From Barthelona sp. PCE (taxonomy: Eukaryota), in the NCBI GenBank assembly GCA_040285745.1, contig JAUFOR010000008.1:310001-374000 (forward strand): DNA of 64,000 nt. The letters run 5' to 3'. Of the stretch, positions 30,739-40,700 are shown in pieces. Below the pieces are notes generated by a model. It was given only the letters and a program-made list of their open reading frames with translations, was not told where the DNA came from and searched no databases. The stretch's first letter is position 1, and each line of letters begins with the position of its first letter. Both the position numbers and the translations under genes were made by a program.

Positions 30739-32412
30739 ATGAGTTCTGCTATTGAAGAGGTTGTCAAGGCACCTCCATTTCCTCAAAGAAGGGCCAAGAG
30801 AAGAGGACACAAAAGTCTTTCCTTTGCACTTATCTTTCTTGCCATCCTGGTAGTATCAGCTGTGTTTTCGGGGCCCCGTTTTCCAGACTACCGTCCACAT
30901 GAGGCACCTTCTAATGGCCCTCTTGATGTCGTAGATCCCCAAGACGTTGCTATGTCCAAATGTATTGATCCTATTCGTGTAGCAGCTGACCTTGGGTTGA
31001 CCCCCTGTGAATATGTGCAACAATCGAAGGGGTGCAACGACTTCCAGGCAATGGTTCCTTGGTTAGAAATTTATTATTGTGATATGAAGTCCTCTCACTA
31101 TTTATGGCTTATTGGAGCTGTATTCTTCATTCTTTTAGGCTTCAATCTTCTGGGAACAACAGCCGACGACTTCCTTTGCCCTCCTTTACTGCACATTTCA
31201 AAGTTTTTAAAACTTTCTGATGCTTTAGCAGGTGTTACAATCATTAGTTTTGCTAACGGTGCACCTGATGTCTTCAGTATCCTTGCAGGAAACGACGGAG
31301 AAGACGCTACAGTTGCTCTGGGAGCCGGTCTTGGTTCTGCAGCTTTCATCATCTCCCTTGTTCTTGGTGCTGTCGTTGCTGTGAACCCTGTGACTGTCCG
31401 TAAGTTCGCTTTCGTGAGAGATATCGTTGCCCTTTTCATCGCCACGATCGCATGGTTTGCAATTGTCGCTGATGGTGAAATTCATATTTGGGAGTGTATT
31501 GCATTCCTCGCATTCTACGTCATTTACGTACTTGTTGTCGTCGTAACAAGCGGCAAGGAGGCCCCTATTGACATCAAGATCGAAGACGAAGAGGATGGTG
31601 AAACACTTATTGATCACAGTGATGATGAAGACGAAGAATCAGGAATCTTTGGAAAAATTATGGGATTCTGTGAGCTACCTTTCACATTCCTCAGATACGT
31701 CACTGTTCCCGTTATTGAGAACGAGAGCAGATTCTTCCCTTTCGCACAAATTCTAGTTCCCTTGCTTGGTTCAGTCTTTTTTGCATGGGGCTTCGAGATC
31801 CCTGAGATGCTCCCAATTGACCCCATGGTTACATATTTCATTATATTCATCATTGGTGCTATCGCTTCACTTTACGTAGCACAAAAGATTGGTCAAGATA
31901 AAGAGTTAAACCCCAACTGGGTTGCTACCTTTGGTGTATTCGTTTGTATTGTATGGATGTTCAAGCTCGCTGACGAAACAGTTGCTCTCTTGCGTTCCGT
32001 GGGTGTCGTGCTTGATATCCCTGATGCTATCCTTTCACTGCTCATTCTAAGTGCTGGTAACAGTATTGGTGATCTCGCTACCAACGTCAACATCAGCAAA
32101 AAGGGTCGTGGTAACATGGCTGTTGCTGCAACTTACGCCGGTCCTCTATTTAACGTTGTTGTTGGTCTTGGTGTTTCTTTCTTATTTGCAACCATGGCTC
32201 AAGATGATAAGGTTTATAACCTCGGTGTCACTGAGTTCCTCAACCCCTTCACAGTCTCCTTCATCTTTATTGCCATTGTACTTATTCTCGCATTGCTGGT
32301 TGTTCCGCTTCGTAAATATGTCATCGCTAAGGGTTTTGGTATTGTCAATGTCTTCTTATACATTGGTTATATCGTTGCGGTTTGTTTAGTTGCAATGATT
32401 AACGGTACCTAA
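30739..32412 (+). CDS. Cation/Ca2+ exchanger (CCX/NCLX family)
   Basis: alpha-1 repeat GVTIISFANGAPDVF and alpha-2 repeat GNSIGDL...GPLFN; many TMs. Confidence 0.92.
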   Translation: MSSAIEEVVKAPPFPQRRAKRRGHKSLSFALIFLAILVVSAVFSGPRFPDYRPHEAPSNGPLDVVDPQDVAMSKCIDPIRVAADLGLTPCEYVQQSKGCNDFQAMVPWLEIYYCDMKSSHYLWLIGAVFFILLGFNLLGTTADDFLCPPLLHISKFLKLSDALAGVTIISFANGAPDVFSILAGNDGEDATVALGAGLGSAAFIISLVLGAVVAVNPVTVRKFAFVRDIVALFIATIAWFAIVADGEIHIWECIAFLAFYVIYVLVVVVTSGKEAPIDIKIEDEEDGETLIDHSDDEDEESGIFGKIMGFCELPFTFLRYVTVPVIENESRFFPFAQILVPLLGSVFFAWGFEIPEMLPIDPMVTYFIIFIIGAIASLYVAQKIGQDKELNPNWVATFGVFVCIVWMFKLADETVALLRSVGVVLDIPDAILSLLILSAGNSIGDLATNVNISKKGRGNMAVAATYAGPLFNVVVGLGVSFLFATMAQDDKVYNLGVTEFLNPFTVSFIFIAIVLILALLVVPLRKYVIAKGFGIVNVFLYIGYIVAVCLVAMINGT

Positions 32413-32448
32413 ATTTAATTGCACAGACCTAGAATTTAGCAAAATAAA

Positions 32449-33828
32449 TTAACTTTGATCAAAAGTCTCAAAAATTTCTTCTTCAATTACTGGAGCAACA
32501 CCCCAATCATTATAGACCATGTACTTACCGTTTTGTGAATGAAAATGTGTAGAAACAACATTCTCATGATGTGAATTTTCAATTTCACAATCAATAATAA
32601 ATGGTTCACTCTCTGGTACAGCAAAGTTTAACTCAACATGACATTCATCTGTCCGAAGATATGATTCAAGAGTAGCCTGAGAAACAGCCGTTGCAAAATT
32701 CACTGTACACCATAACTGAACCTCACTAGATGGAATTGCGTCAGGTAGTCTCCAAAAAATATCCGAACGACCATCTTTCTTAACGATCTTAACCGTACCA
32801 CATAATTCACTACCATCATTCAGTGAATATGACGAGATTATGGGAAAACTCGGTAATCGGAGAACTGCAGTCATTGAAGTACCAACTTCTGAAGAAAATG
32901 ATCGAACAAGATCAGATCGATGGGGTCTCAATTGGATTATCAAAAGCGCTTGTGTTGGCTGCTCGTCGCTGAGAACGAACTGTAGCGACGCCTTGATGGG
33001 TGGGGGGCATGTTCTGTGCAGTCTACAGACTCGAAGAGATGAATCATTGTTAATTAGTAATTTTGGCATTGGCACTCGAAGATAGAGATTATCATTTGTT
33101 CGCTCAATATCTACTCCTGGGTCAGCGATGAGTTCGTAGTCGCTGTTCAGCTGAGTGATATCAAGAACTAGGGTAGGTGTGTTGCCGGTTTGCATTTTGT
33201 AAAACAATAAAGTACGGCCTGTGATACTAACATCTATAAGACTTTGATATACTGGCGCGCTGCCGTGTTGTTCGCGATCTGTGATTGATGCTGAGAGTGT
33301 TTCCTTAATAATTACTCCTATATTAGGTGAACTTGTTATCTTGCTCAATGAAGGAGGTGTGAAATACTCAAAATGCTGACCTAATATCAAAGGAGAGCTC
33401 AACAGTGGCCTACCAAACGGACAGCAAACTGAGAGCAGGTTTTGAATGAGTGTAGCACTGTTAAGTTTCGTGGTAAGATCAATCACTTTCGCCAAAGTGC
33501 TAGATGTGTAAATAAGGATAGGTACAAGGCGCATGAAGTCCCGCAGGAATACCAAAATCTCACGGAACGTGTCTGAAGTACGCTCCTGATTAATCATAGC
33601 AATCATGTAAAACTTGGCATTCTGTGAAGGTACAGCAACACATAATCCACTCTCTGTATCTACCAGGTAGAAATTGTGGATCGATGAGCTTTTATCAACA
33701 TCGTTTATAGATCTAAATACAGCAGAACTAATAGCATTATCTGACAATTCATCGTTGTTAAAAGCCTGACTTCCAATAACATCTAGCCCCTTGCTGTTTG
33801 CCCTACAAATTAGTATGCGCAATATCAT
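32449..33828 (-). CDS. AP5M1: Adaptor complex mu subunit, AP-5 mu-like
   Basis: CPFGRPL (AP5M1-type CPFGT), a mu-homology beta region, and C-terminal YMVYNDWGVAP resembling AP5M1 YYIWNS..AP. Confidence 0.6.
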   Translation of the reverse strand: MILRILICRANSKGLDVIGSQAFNNDELSDNAISSAVFRSINDVDKSSSIHNFYLVDTESGLCVAVPSQNAKFYMIAMINQERTSDTFREILVFLRDFMRLVPILIYTSSTLAKVIDLTTKLNSATLIQNLLSVCCPFGRPLLSSPLILGQHFEYFTPPSLSKITSSPNIGVIIKETLSASITDREQHGSAPVYQSLIDVSITGRTLLFYKMQTGNTPTLVLDITQLNSDYELIADPGVDIERTNDNLYLRVPMPKLLINNDSSLRVCRLHRTCPPPIKASLQFVLSDEQPTQALLIIQLRPHRSDLVRSFSSEVGTSMTAVLRLPSFPIISSYSLNDGSELCGTVKIVKKDGRSDIFWRLPDAIPSSEVQLWCTVNFATAVSQATLESYLRTDECHVELNFAVPESEPFIIDCEIENSHHENVVSTHFHSQNGKYMVYNDWGVAPVIEEEIFETFDQS

Positions 33829-33918
33829 AATGTGTGAAGAGTGAAAGAAACTGGAAAACGTCGTATGTCTCTCTTTCTCTCATTACATACTTTTTTTTGA
33901 TAAAAAGGGACTTTTATT

Positions 33919-35019
33919 ATGGAGACACGTTTTGCACATGGGGAAAATTCGCAATTGGAACATATTAACCGTAATGATTTTTTTGAGCGCTTCTTTGGAT
34001 TCACTGAGTCCGTAAAAAGCGTCAAGGAGAACGTCGCTGTGTCCAAAGAGGGAGATACAATCCACATGGAATGTCCTGCTGGCATATATCAAGTTGGAGA
34101 ACTGTCTATCAAGTCTATATCAGACTTAAAGGAGATTGTCGATGCGATTGAGCCATCAGAAGAGAATGGCACCATATCTATACTGATGGGTAACGGTGTA
34201 GATACCAAAAACTTCGAAGAAATTGATGTAGGGGGTCAACAAGGCCAGGTGTCGAATAAGGGTGCTACTTTTCAGGTAGCCAGCAATTTCAATGCACTGG
34301 AGTTTGTTTCTCCGAACGATAATGCTTCGATGGGAATAACTAGATATGTATGGGATCGAACTCAGGGACCAGCTGCTTCCATTTCATGTGCTCCATCCAC
34401 CCTTTATCGTAACTATTTCCACGAACATGATGGTCACGTTGGCCAGCTTGACACGGAAATCAATCTTCTTGATGACTATAACATTCCAGTTCAACATGGA
34501 TATGTTGTTTTGAACAGAAGAAACGTTGATGAAAAAATGCAACTAAGAAACAATTGGCAAACTATCAAAGTAGGTTGTCAACGTGATACACAGGTTGTCA
34601 CCGGCCTGGACAGCAGGGGGTTACTGCGAGTGATCCCTATCACCCAAGAGCAGGTTGTGAATCAAATTTTTTGCGCAAGTGTTAATATGAACATAATGCC
34701 AGTTTCATGGAGAAAAAATCCTGTCCTCCCGCTGGTGCGCGACTTATTGATGGCTGCCTATCATGGTGCAGTGTACAACGCAATCATTAACAAGCATAGA
34801 AATCCAGATTTACCAGGTTCTCACAAGCTTTTCTTAACGTTAGTAGGTGGTGGGGTGTTTTCCAACCCCCTTAAAGAAATCATAGGTGCAATCAAGGAGG
34901 TTAAACCACTCATTTTAAAATATGGAATCGAGGCGAAAATAGTCTTATTCAGTGGTCCTATGAACAAAGCTGTCGCGATTCAGAGGGAGCTAGGCTGTGA
35001 GATCGAGATTATCGAGTAA
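33919..35019 (+). CDS. Uncharacterised enzyme-like protein, possible macrodomain/PARG-like fold
   Basis: FQVASNFNALE, DRTQGPAASI, LYRNYF and LFLTLVGGGVFSNP motifs. Confidence 0.6.
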   Translation: METRFAHGENSQLEHINRNDFFERFFGFTESVKSVKENVAVSKEGDTIHMECPAGIYQVGELSIKSISDLKEIVDAIEPSEENGTISILMGNGVDTKNFEEIDVGGQQGQVSNKGATFQVASNFNALEFVSPNDNASMGITRYVWDRTQGPAASISCAPSTLYRNYFHEHDGHVGQLDTEINLLDDYNIPVQHGYVVLNRRNVDEKMQLRNNWQTIKVGCQRDTQVVTGLDSRGLLRVIPITQEQVVNQIFCASVNMNIMPVSWRKNPVLPLVRDLLMAAYHGAVYNAIINKHRNPDLPGSHKLFLTLVGGGVFSNPLKEIIGAIKEVKPLILKYGIEAKIVLFSGPMNKAVAIQRELGCEIEIIE

Positions 35020-35355
35020 TTTTAAGGTCTTATGAACTGCAAGTGTAAATATAAAAAAATCATTTTTTGGAGAATACAATTATTTTGTGGTGTTATTGGG
35101 AAATAAAATACTGTCAGTCCCCACATTGTATTACAGAACTGGAAGTATCCGAATTTAACAACAAGCAACTAATTGTCATTAAACATAATCTTAAGGGTAC
35201 ATTACATCGTTAAAAGATCTACATCTATACAAACCTCGTTGCAAAAAGGGTTGAACGAAGCTCAAGCGGCAATGCTGCAATTTTTCCTTGTACTCATTAA
35301 ATATTCCCCTTCACTCTTTTTTTTTATCGTTTAGCCGAACCTTTAGAGATCCGTA

Positions 35356-35952
35356 ATGACTAAACAAACGATTTTTCTGTTATTCCTGCTTCTTTGCGTT
35401 GGATTCGTAAATTGTTCGGAGTATCAACTGGTTAAGGACTCTGTAACTATTCAAAAGCTACCCGGATACACCCAGCGAGGTGTTACCGTGAAATTTCACT
35501 TCAAAAGCGGAGGTATCGATGATAGTGATTGCACCCTTGCAGAAATGATCAGTGTTGATGTCACACTCGGTGCAGGCCGTCTCTTTTCCTTTGAGAAGTG
35601 TCGCAGAGAAAACGGTGTTGCTTATCACACAATTGAATTTATTGCTGAAGATAGTGGCAAATACTATGTAACTATTTGGTTTGATGGAACAGCGTACGCC
35701 AACTGGAAGATCAACGTACCCAGTGATGGAATCTGGGGATCTATCTTTATGTTATTAGGTGTAGTTATTATCGTTTTAGGTGCCATTGTATTCTTACACA
35801 TTAAAGGTTATTTCCATGTTCGTCCACTTGAAAAAATCAGCTTAATCAATGACCAAGTTTCTAAAAGAAAGAAGGATGATGACTTACTTATTCTCAACGA
35901 AGAAAGTGCACCCACCCAAAAGATCAACAATGATTATGAAAAATTAGCTTAA
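35356..35952 (+). CDS. Type I membrane protein with a small beta-sandwich ectodomain
   Basis: Signal peptide, one TM, and a tail with DDDLLIL and YEKL. Confidence 0.75.
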   Translation: MTKQTIFLLFLLLCVGFVNCSEYQLVKDSVTIQKLPGYTQRGVTVKFHFKSGGIDDSDCTLAEMISVDVTLGAGRLFSFEKCRRENGVAYHTIEFIAEDSGKYYVTIWFDGTAYANWKINVPSDGIWGSIFMLLGVVIIVLGAIVFLHIKGYFHVRPLEKISLINDQVSKRKKDDDLLILNEESAPTQKINNDYEKLA

Positions 35953-35972
35953 TTCAATAAATTCGAGTCTAA

Positions 35973-36584
35973 CTAGAAGTCTATAGTTGCAACATATTCA
36001 TCTGCTGATATCATTGGAACCGTAGCTAGAACATTTTCAGGCCATAGATTTGTGCGAACGTCTGGTGGTTCCAAGAAATGCAACTTAATTAAAGGACGAT
36101 GGAATATATCTTCCTCCAAACTTCGATACAATCCTAACAACGCGTGTTTCGCAACAACATATGGTGCACAGTCTGGCACCGCCTCGTGGCTCAGCTCTGA
36201 ACCCAATAGATATATATCAGCCTTGTCTTCATCACAGAACTGTGCTAAATGATTTGATAAATGAATAACAGGGTTTAAATGTGCTTCAAAAGCACGTTGA
36301 TAGTGGTCTACGCCTGCTTCAAGGGCCGAAACATACTCCAAATTACCAGTAGAAATAACATATATGTCAAATTTTGATTGTAAATTCTCCCACAACTCCG
36401 ATTTTGAACAATCCATCATTATACACGTCACTCTGCCGTTTCTATAATCAGCATCATCCAAAGATTGAGCCCGCTCCTTAGACCTTGTAGTTATTGTTAC
36501 ATGATACCCTCGATTTGCCAATGCTAATGCAAACGCCTGCCCAATGCCAGATGCCCCACCGCATACAAGAGCTCGTTTTTCCAT
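35973..36584 (-). CDS. Short-chain dehydrogenase/reductase
   Basis: GGASGIG Rossmann motif, catalytic Ser and YVVAK. Confidence 0.9.
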   Translation of the reverse strand: MEKRALVCGGASGIGQAFALALANRGYHVTITTRSKERAQSLDDADYRNGRVTCIMMDCSKSELWENLQSKFDIYVISTGNLEYVSALEAGVDHYQRAFEAHLNPVIHLSNHLAQFCDEDKADIYLLGSELSHEAVPDCAPYVVAKHALLGLYRSLEEDIFHRPLIKLHFLEPPDVRTNLWPENVLATVPMISADEYVATIDF

Positions 36585-36674
36585 AATGTACTGTATTTAT
36601 GCTTATGAAAGGGAGAAAAAGCTGCTTCATTTTTAAACTTCATTTTCACGGTTCATTTCACCGTAAACATAATA

Positions 36675-37337
36675 ATGACGAAGTCACGCTTATTAAAAAG
36701 GCTCAATTTTACGTTTATTGTTCTTTATTTTTGCTTCAGTTTCTCCAATGCATCAGTTAAAGAGCCTATCACGTTAGGTGGGGATAGTATCGGTATGGAA
36801 TTCAAAGCACAACCAGATCTTAACTATAACACCGCTTGTGATACTAGTTCTCAAGTTTATTGCTTAAGTTCTACAATTAAAGATGTTCTTATTTCATTCA
36901 ATGTTGAAAGGGTCGTATTTATGAATGAGGATGTGGACATAATTCAATTTACACCCACTTTAAAGGTACATTTATCTTCAAATCAATGTTTTAAGGTTAT
37001 TTCATCATATAATGGATATTTTCAAGTTTTTGATGAAATTAATGATCCCAACAATGAAGATAAAGACGAAATGGATGTGGATAAAGAAGTTACCAAAATA
37101 TTTAAATACATTTTGTGGTTTGCAATTGGGATTTTTGGGGTTTTTGGTTTTACAGTCATTTGTTTTAATGCTTTGAGAATCTTAAGTTATTGGATTAGTT
37201 TGTTTGATAATGGTAATAGATATATACCTATAGATGATGATTATTTTCACAGGCGGCAAATAATTAATGAAAGTTCAACTCTTACTGATGAAGAGTTTGC
37301 TCTGTTTGCTGAGGCTATGCAAAATGTTCACCTTTGA
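36675..37337 (+). CDS. Type I membrane protein, hypothetical
   Basis: Signal peptide, one TM (YILWFAIGIFGVFGFTVICF); AT-rich. Confidence 0.6.
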   Translation: MTKSRLLKRLNFTFIVLYFCFSFSNASVKEPITLGGDSIGMEFKAQPDLNYNTACDTSSQVYCLSSTIKDVLISFNVERVVFMNEDVDIIQFTPTLKVHLSSNQCFKVISSYNGYFQVFDEINDPNNEDKDEMDVDKEVTKIFKYILWFAIGIFGVFGFTVICFNALRILSYWISLFDNGNRYIPIDDDYFHRRQIINESSTLTDEEFALFAEAMQNVHL

Positions 37338-37783
37338 TTTTTTTTTGCTTTTCTGTTCAAAAAGAGGGATATCGATAAGGAGTGTGAATAATTTTTTTTT
37401 TTATGTAAACAAGAAATGAAGTTGAAATATCTAAAATTTACAGTATATTTGGTGAAATTATGTGTTTTATCACAAAAAATGCAGTATTAAATGGTATAAT
37501 AACTGCCGAATAACAACTTTTTTAAGAAATGAAACCAATATCGCTTTGATGCATTTTTTATACAGCACATTAGATCATAAAGGCAAAAATAAAGTGTTGT
37601 AATCAATTCCTTGAAGGAAAAATAGATCCACTTTGCTCGAAAAATTAGCAGGGTGAATATCTTACTCTCCAATTGCACAAATGTTGCCTAAACCCGTGGC
37701 ACCATACAAAGAATAGAAGTTTTTTGCTGAGGTAAAGCAAAATATCACAACAAAAACCGTATTCAAAATTTTCTTCCCTTTCT

Positions 37784-40700
37784 ATGAGTGATTTCAAGCG
37801 AAATAAGCGATTAAGCGGGTTCTTCAACTCCACAAACCATTTAAAACAGCTTAAAAGCATTGTATCATTCCTCGAATCTTCACTTGAGGTTGAACAGCGA
37901 TCTCTGTACAGCGTTCACTACGCCGACATATACTCTTGTTTTTTAAGTGCCATTGAGCACCTAGACTCTAGAAATAAGAATCTCAACGTTAATGACGTGC
38001 TCAGTTACGTTGGAGTAACCAAAAGATTGCTACAGTATCTTCCTAATGTCATACGCACGAAATGGCAAGAAAGATCTTTATTATACACTATTGGGCTTGT
38101 TTTAAAAAAAACTAACAAGCCAAAAATTCGTATTGCTGGTCTTGACATGCTTCTTCTGTTGATTGACAGCTTAGATGACACAGTAGCACCTGAAGCTCTT
38201 GATATGCTCATGACCCTCATTGACTATGAAGCATTCAGATCAGATTGTTCACCTGAGGAATGGGAGTGTGTCGAGAAGTCACTACCCCAGTCTTCTGATC
38301 TGGATTATACCGGATCTTTGGTATCGTGTACAAGAAACAATCCTGCTTCCAAGGAAGAGGCTTCTGAATTGCTGAACTTTGTTTTAAGATTTATTGATAC
38401 TCGTCCAGTCAAACGTTTCTCATTTTATTGGCCTGTTATGGTTAACCATATTTTCCCAGTTCTTTTTGGTAGAGAAGGTGTTGGTTTCCAAAAATGCCCT
38501 GATGCACTACTATCTCCAATTGCTGAATACATTGTCAGATGGTTTGAACGACCTTATCAACGTACAATCATGTCGGTAGACCGTAGAAACGTTGATATAG
38601 GACTGAATATTCTCATTCAGTCACTCAGCCTCAGCTCTGAATACGCTGAGACAGTTCAGCGTATTGTATCTTTATTCAAACGTTGGCTTTCAGGTATTGA
38701 ACTTCCTGAAATTTTGGATGGCGATTCTCTTGACAGCACATTCAAACTTTTAATAACTGCACTTCCTAATGTTTTTTCAACTTCAGCCGATATGAACACA
38801 GACAAGTCGTGTCAGCAAGCCGTCGAACTCCTTGCTAACATCCAGTCTTTTAGAGTCCTTAGTGAGGATCTACTTATTGTGCTGATGACCACCATGATTG
38901 ATTGTCTTGAACTTACGTTGAACGAAGGAGAAGAGCGTGCTTTTACCGGTAACATGTCTTCAACATTCTTCAATACTCTTTTGCGATCAAAAGTGACCAG
39001 TGCAATCCTATGGGATAAAATCAAATTTGTTATGAAGGAATGGCGCAACAACGATACCTTAATGGTTCGTTGGAAGAAGGTAGTCAAGTCCATTGCAAAG
39101 TTAATATGCACTCGTGCTTTCGGTGTTGCATTTGACGCAAAGAAAACTCAGGACATAGTTATACTGACCTCTTTAGATACTGCAGACGATGACTGGGTGC
39201 GCCTTTGCTTCGTCAATTTGTTATATTATGTTGAAGGACATAAGATCCACGTTGAAGATGCGCATTCCACTTTTATCGTAGCTATTCGTGACATTGTGCT
39301 TGAGTTCATTCAGTTCGCTCAAGGCCATCCTGATCACGTTGTTGGGCCTGCAAAACACACGCTCATAAGTATCGTGGGAGACTTTCTATTCAACGAGTGT
39401 GGTTGTGGTGTCGATACTAACACTTTACCTAGACACGCTTCCGTCACAGGCATTGCTATATCAACGCTCAACACTATTATGTTGTTGCCTGGCACACCTG
39501 TCAACGATGACGTACAGAAGGCTTATATGACTGCTGTATACAACGTGTTGAATATGAAGCTGTTTGCCAGCACAATCCCCGCTCAGTACTGTATTAAATC
39601 GATGGGCAACTTCTGGCATGCACAAATTGAGGGATCCCTCTCATTGGTGCCAGTAATTGTCCGTGGATGCGTATCACTGCTCCAATCCATTGAGGAGGTA
39701 TCACCAGACGTTGTCATTCCTACTTTTTCACTTCTGAAGAGCACAATCCCAATGATCTTCTTTGCTGGTCCAACCCCAGTTAAGGATGGTGTATCAGGCA
39801 TTGATTCGCTCGGTGCGCTGGTTCCTGACTTACTTTCTTTCATTGGCAACCTCATGGCACGTATCACTGAGCATCCAAACGACTTTGATACCAATATCCA
39901 ATGCGCAATCATTTCAACTGCTGCTGTCACCGCTTCTGCGTCACTTCTTGTGTCTGGAAGCGGACAGCTCAACGAGATTGTGAAGGCAGTTGTTGAATCC
40001 TTGATTCAACTGGCAAAACTCTCTCAGAACAAGACGCTGATCAAATTCGCCTTGCGATACCTTGTGGATCTCCCTCGCCTTCTGCCACACAACGCACCAC
40101 AGTCTGCCGTCCTTGCAGTCACCGTTGTCGAACGCATAACGGAGCTGATTCACCTCCGCGTTGGAAGATTCACGCCATCTATGAAGCCTGGTCACATCAA
40201 CTCGACGGTCATTGCGATTATCGAGTCAATCAACGTCATCCAGGCGTGGGTCGACTGCGCTCCTGCTGGCCTGAAGGCTGACGATACTACTGAAGTTATG
40301 AAGCGTTGTCTTGCAACTCTCGAGCTTCTTGTCGAAGGTGAAGAATTCCAAGCCGTGTCCGAGGAAGATTCGATGATCCGCCAGCTCAAGGTTGGTGGTC
40401 TCAAGTATTTCCTCGATAGCCAAGTATCCTCCGATGTGCGTCAGATCATTGCTCATTTTATCAGATATATGGTGTGCTACTACGACAACTACCCGCTTGT
40501 AGACAACCACATATGCATGAACACACAGTACACAGAGAAAGAAGTCGATACCAACCCCATATTCTTTTCCATCGGAGATGATACCATTGTGTCCTTTGTT
40601 GAATTGCCTACTGAGCCCGCCAGCATCCGTGCGATCGTACGCAACCCAATGGGCCGCATGGCTTTTGAGATCGAAATGACCAAAGATATCCACGATCATA

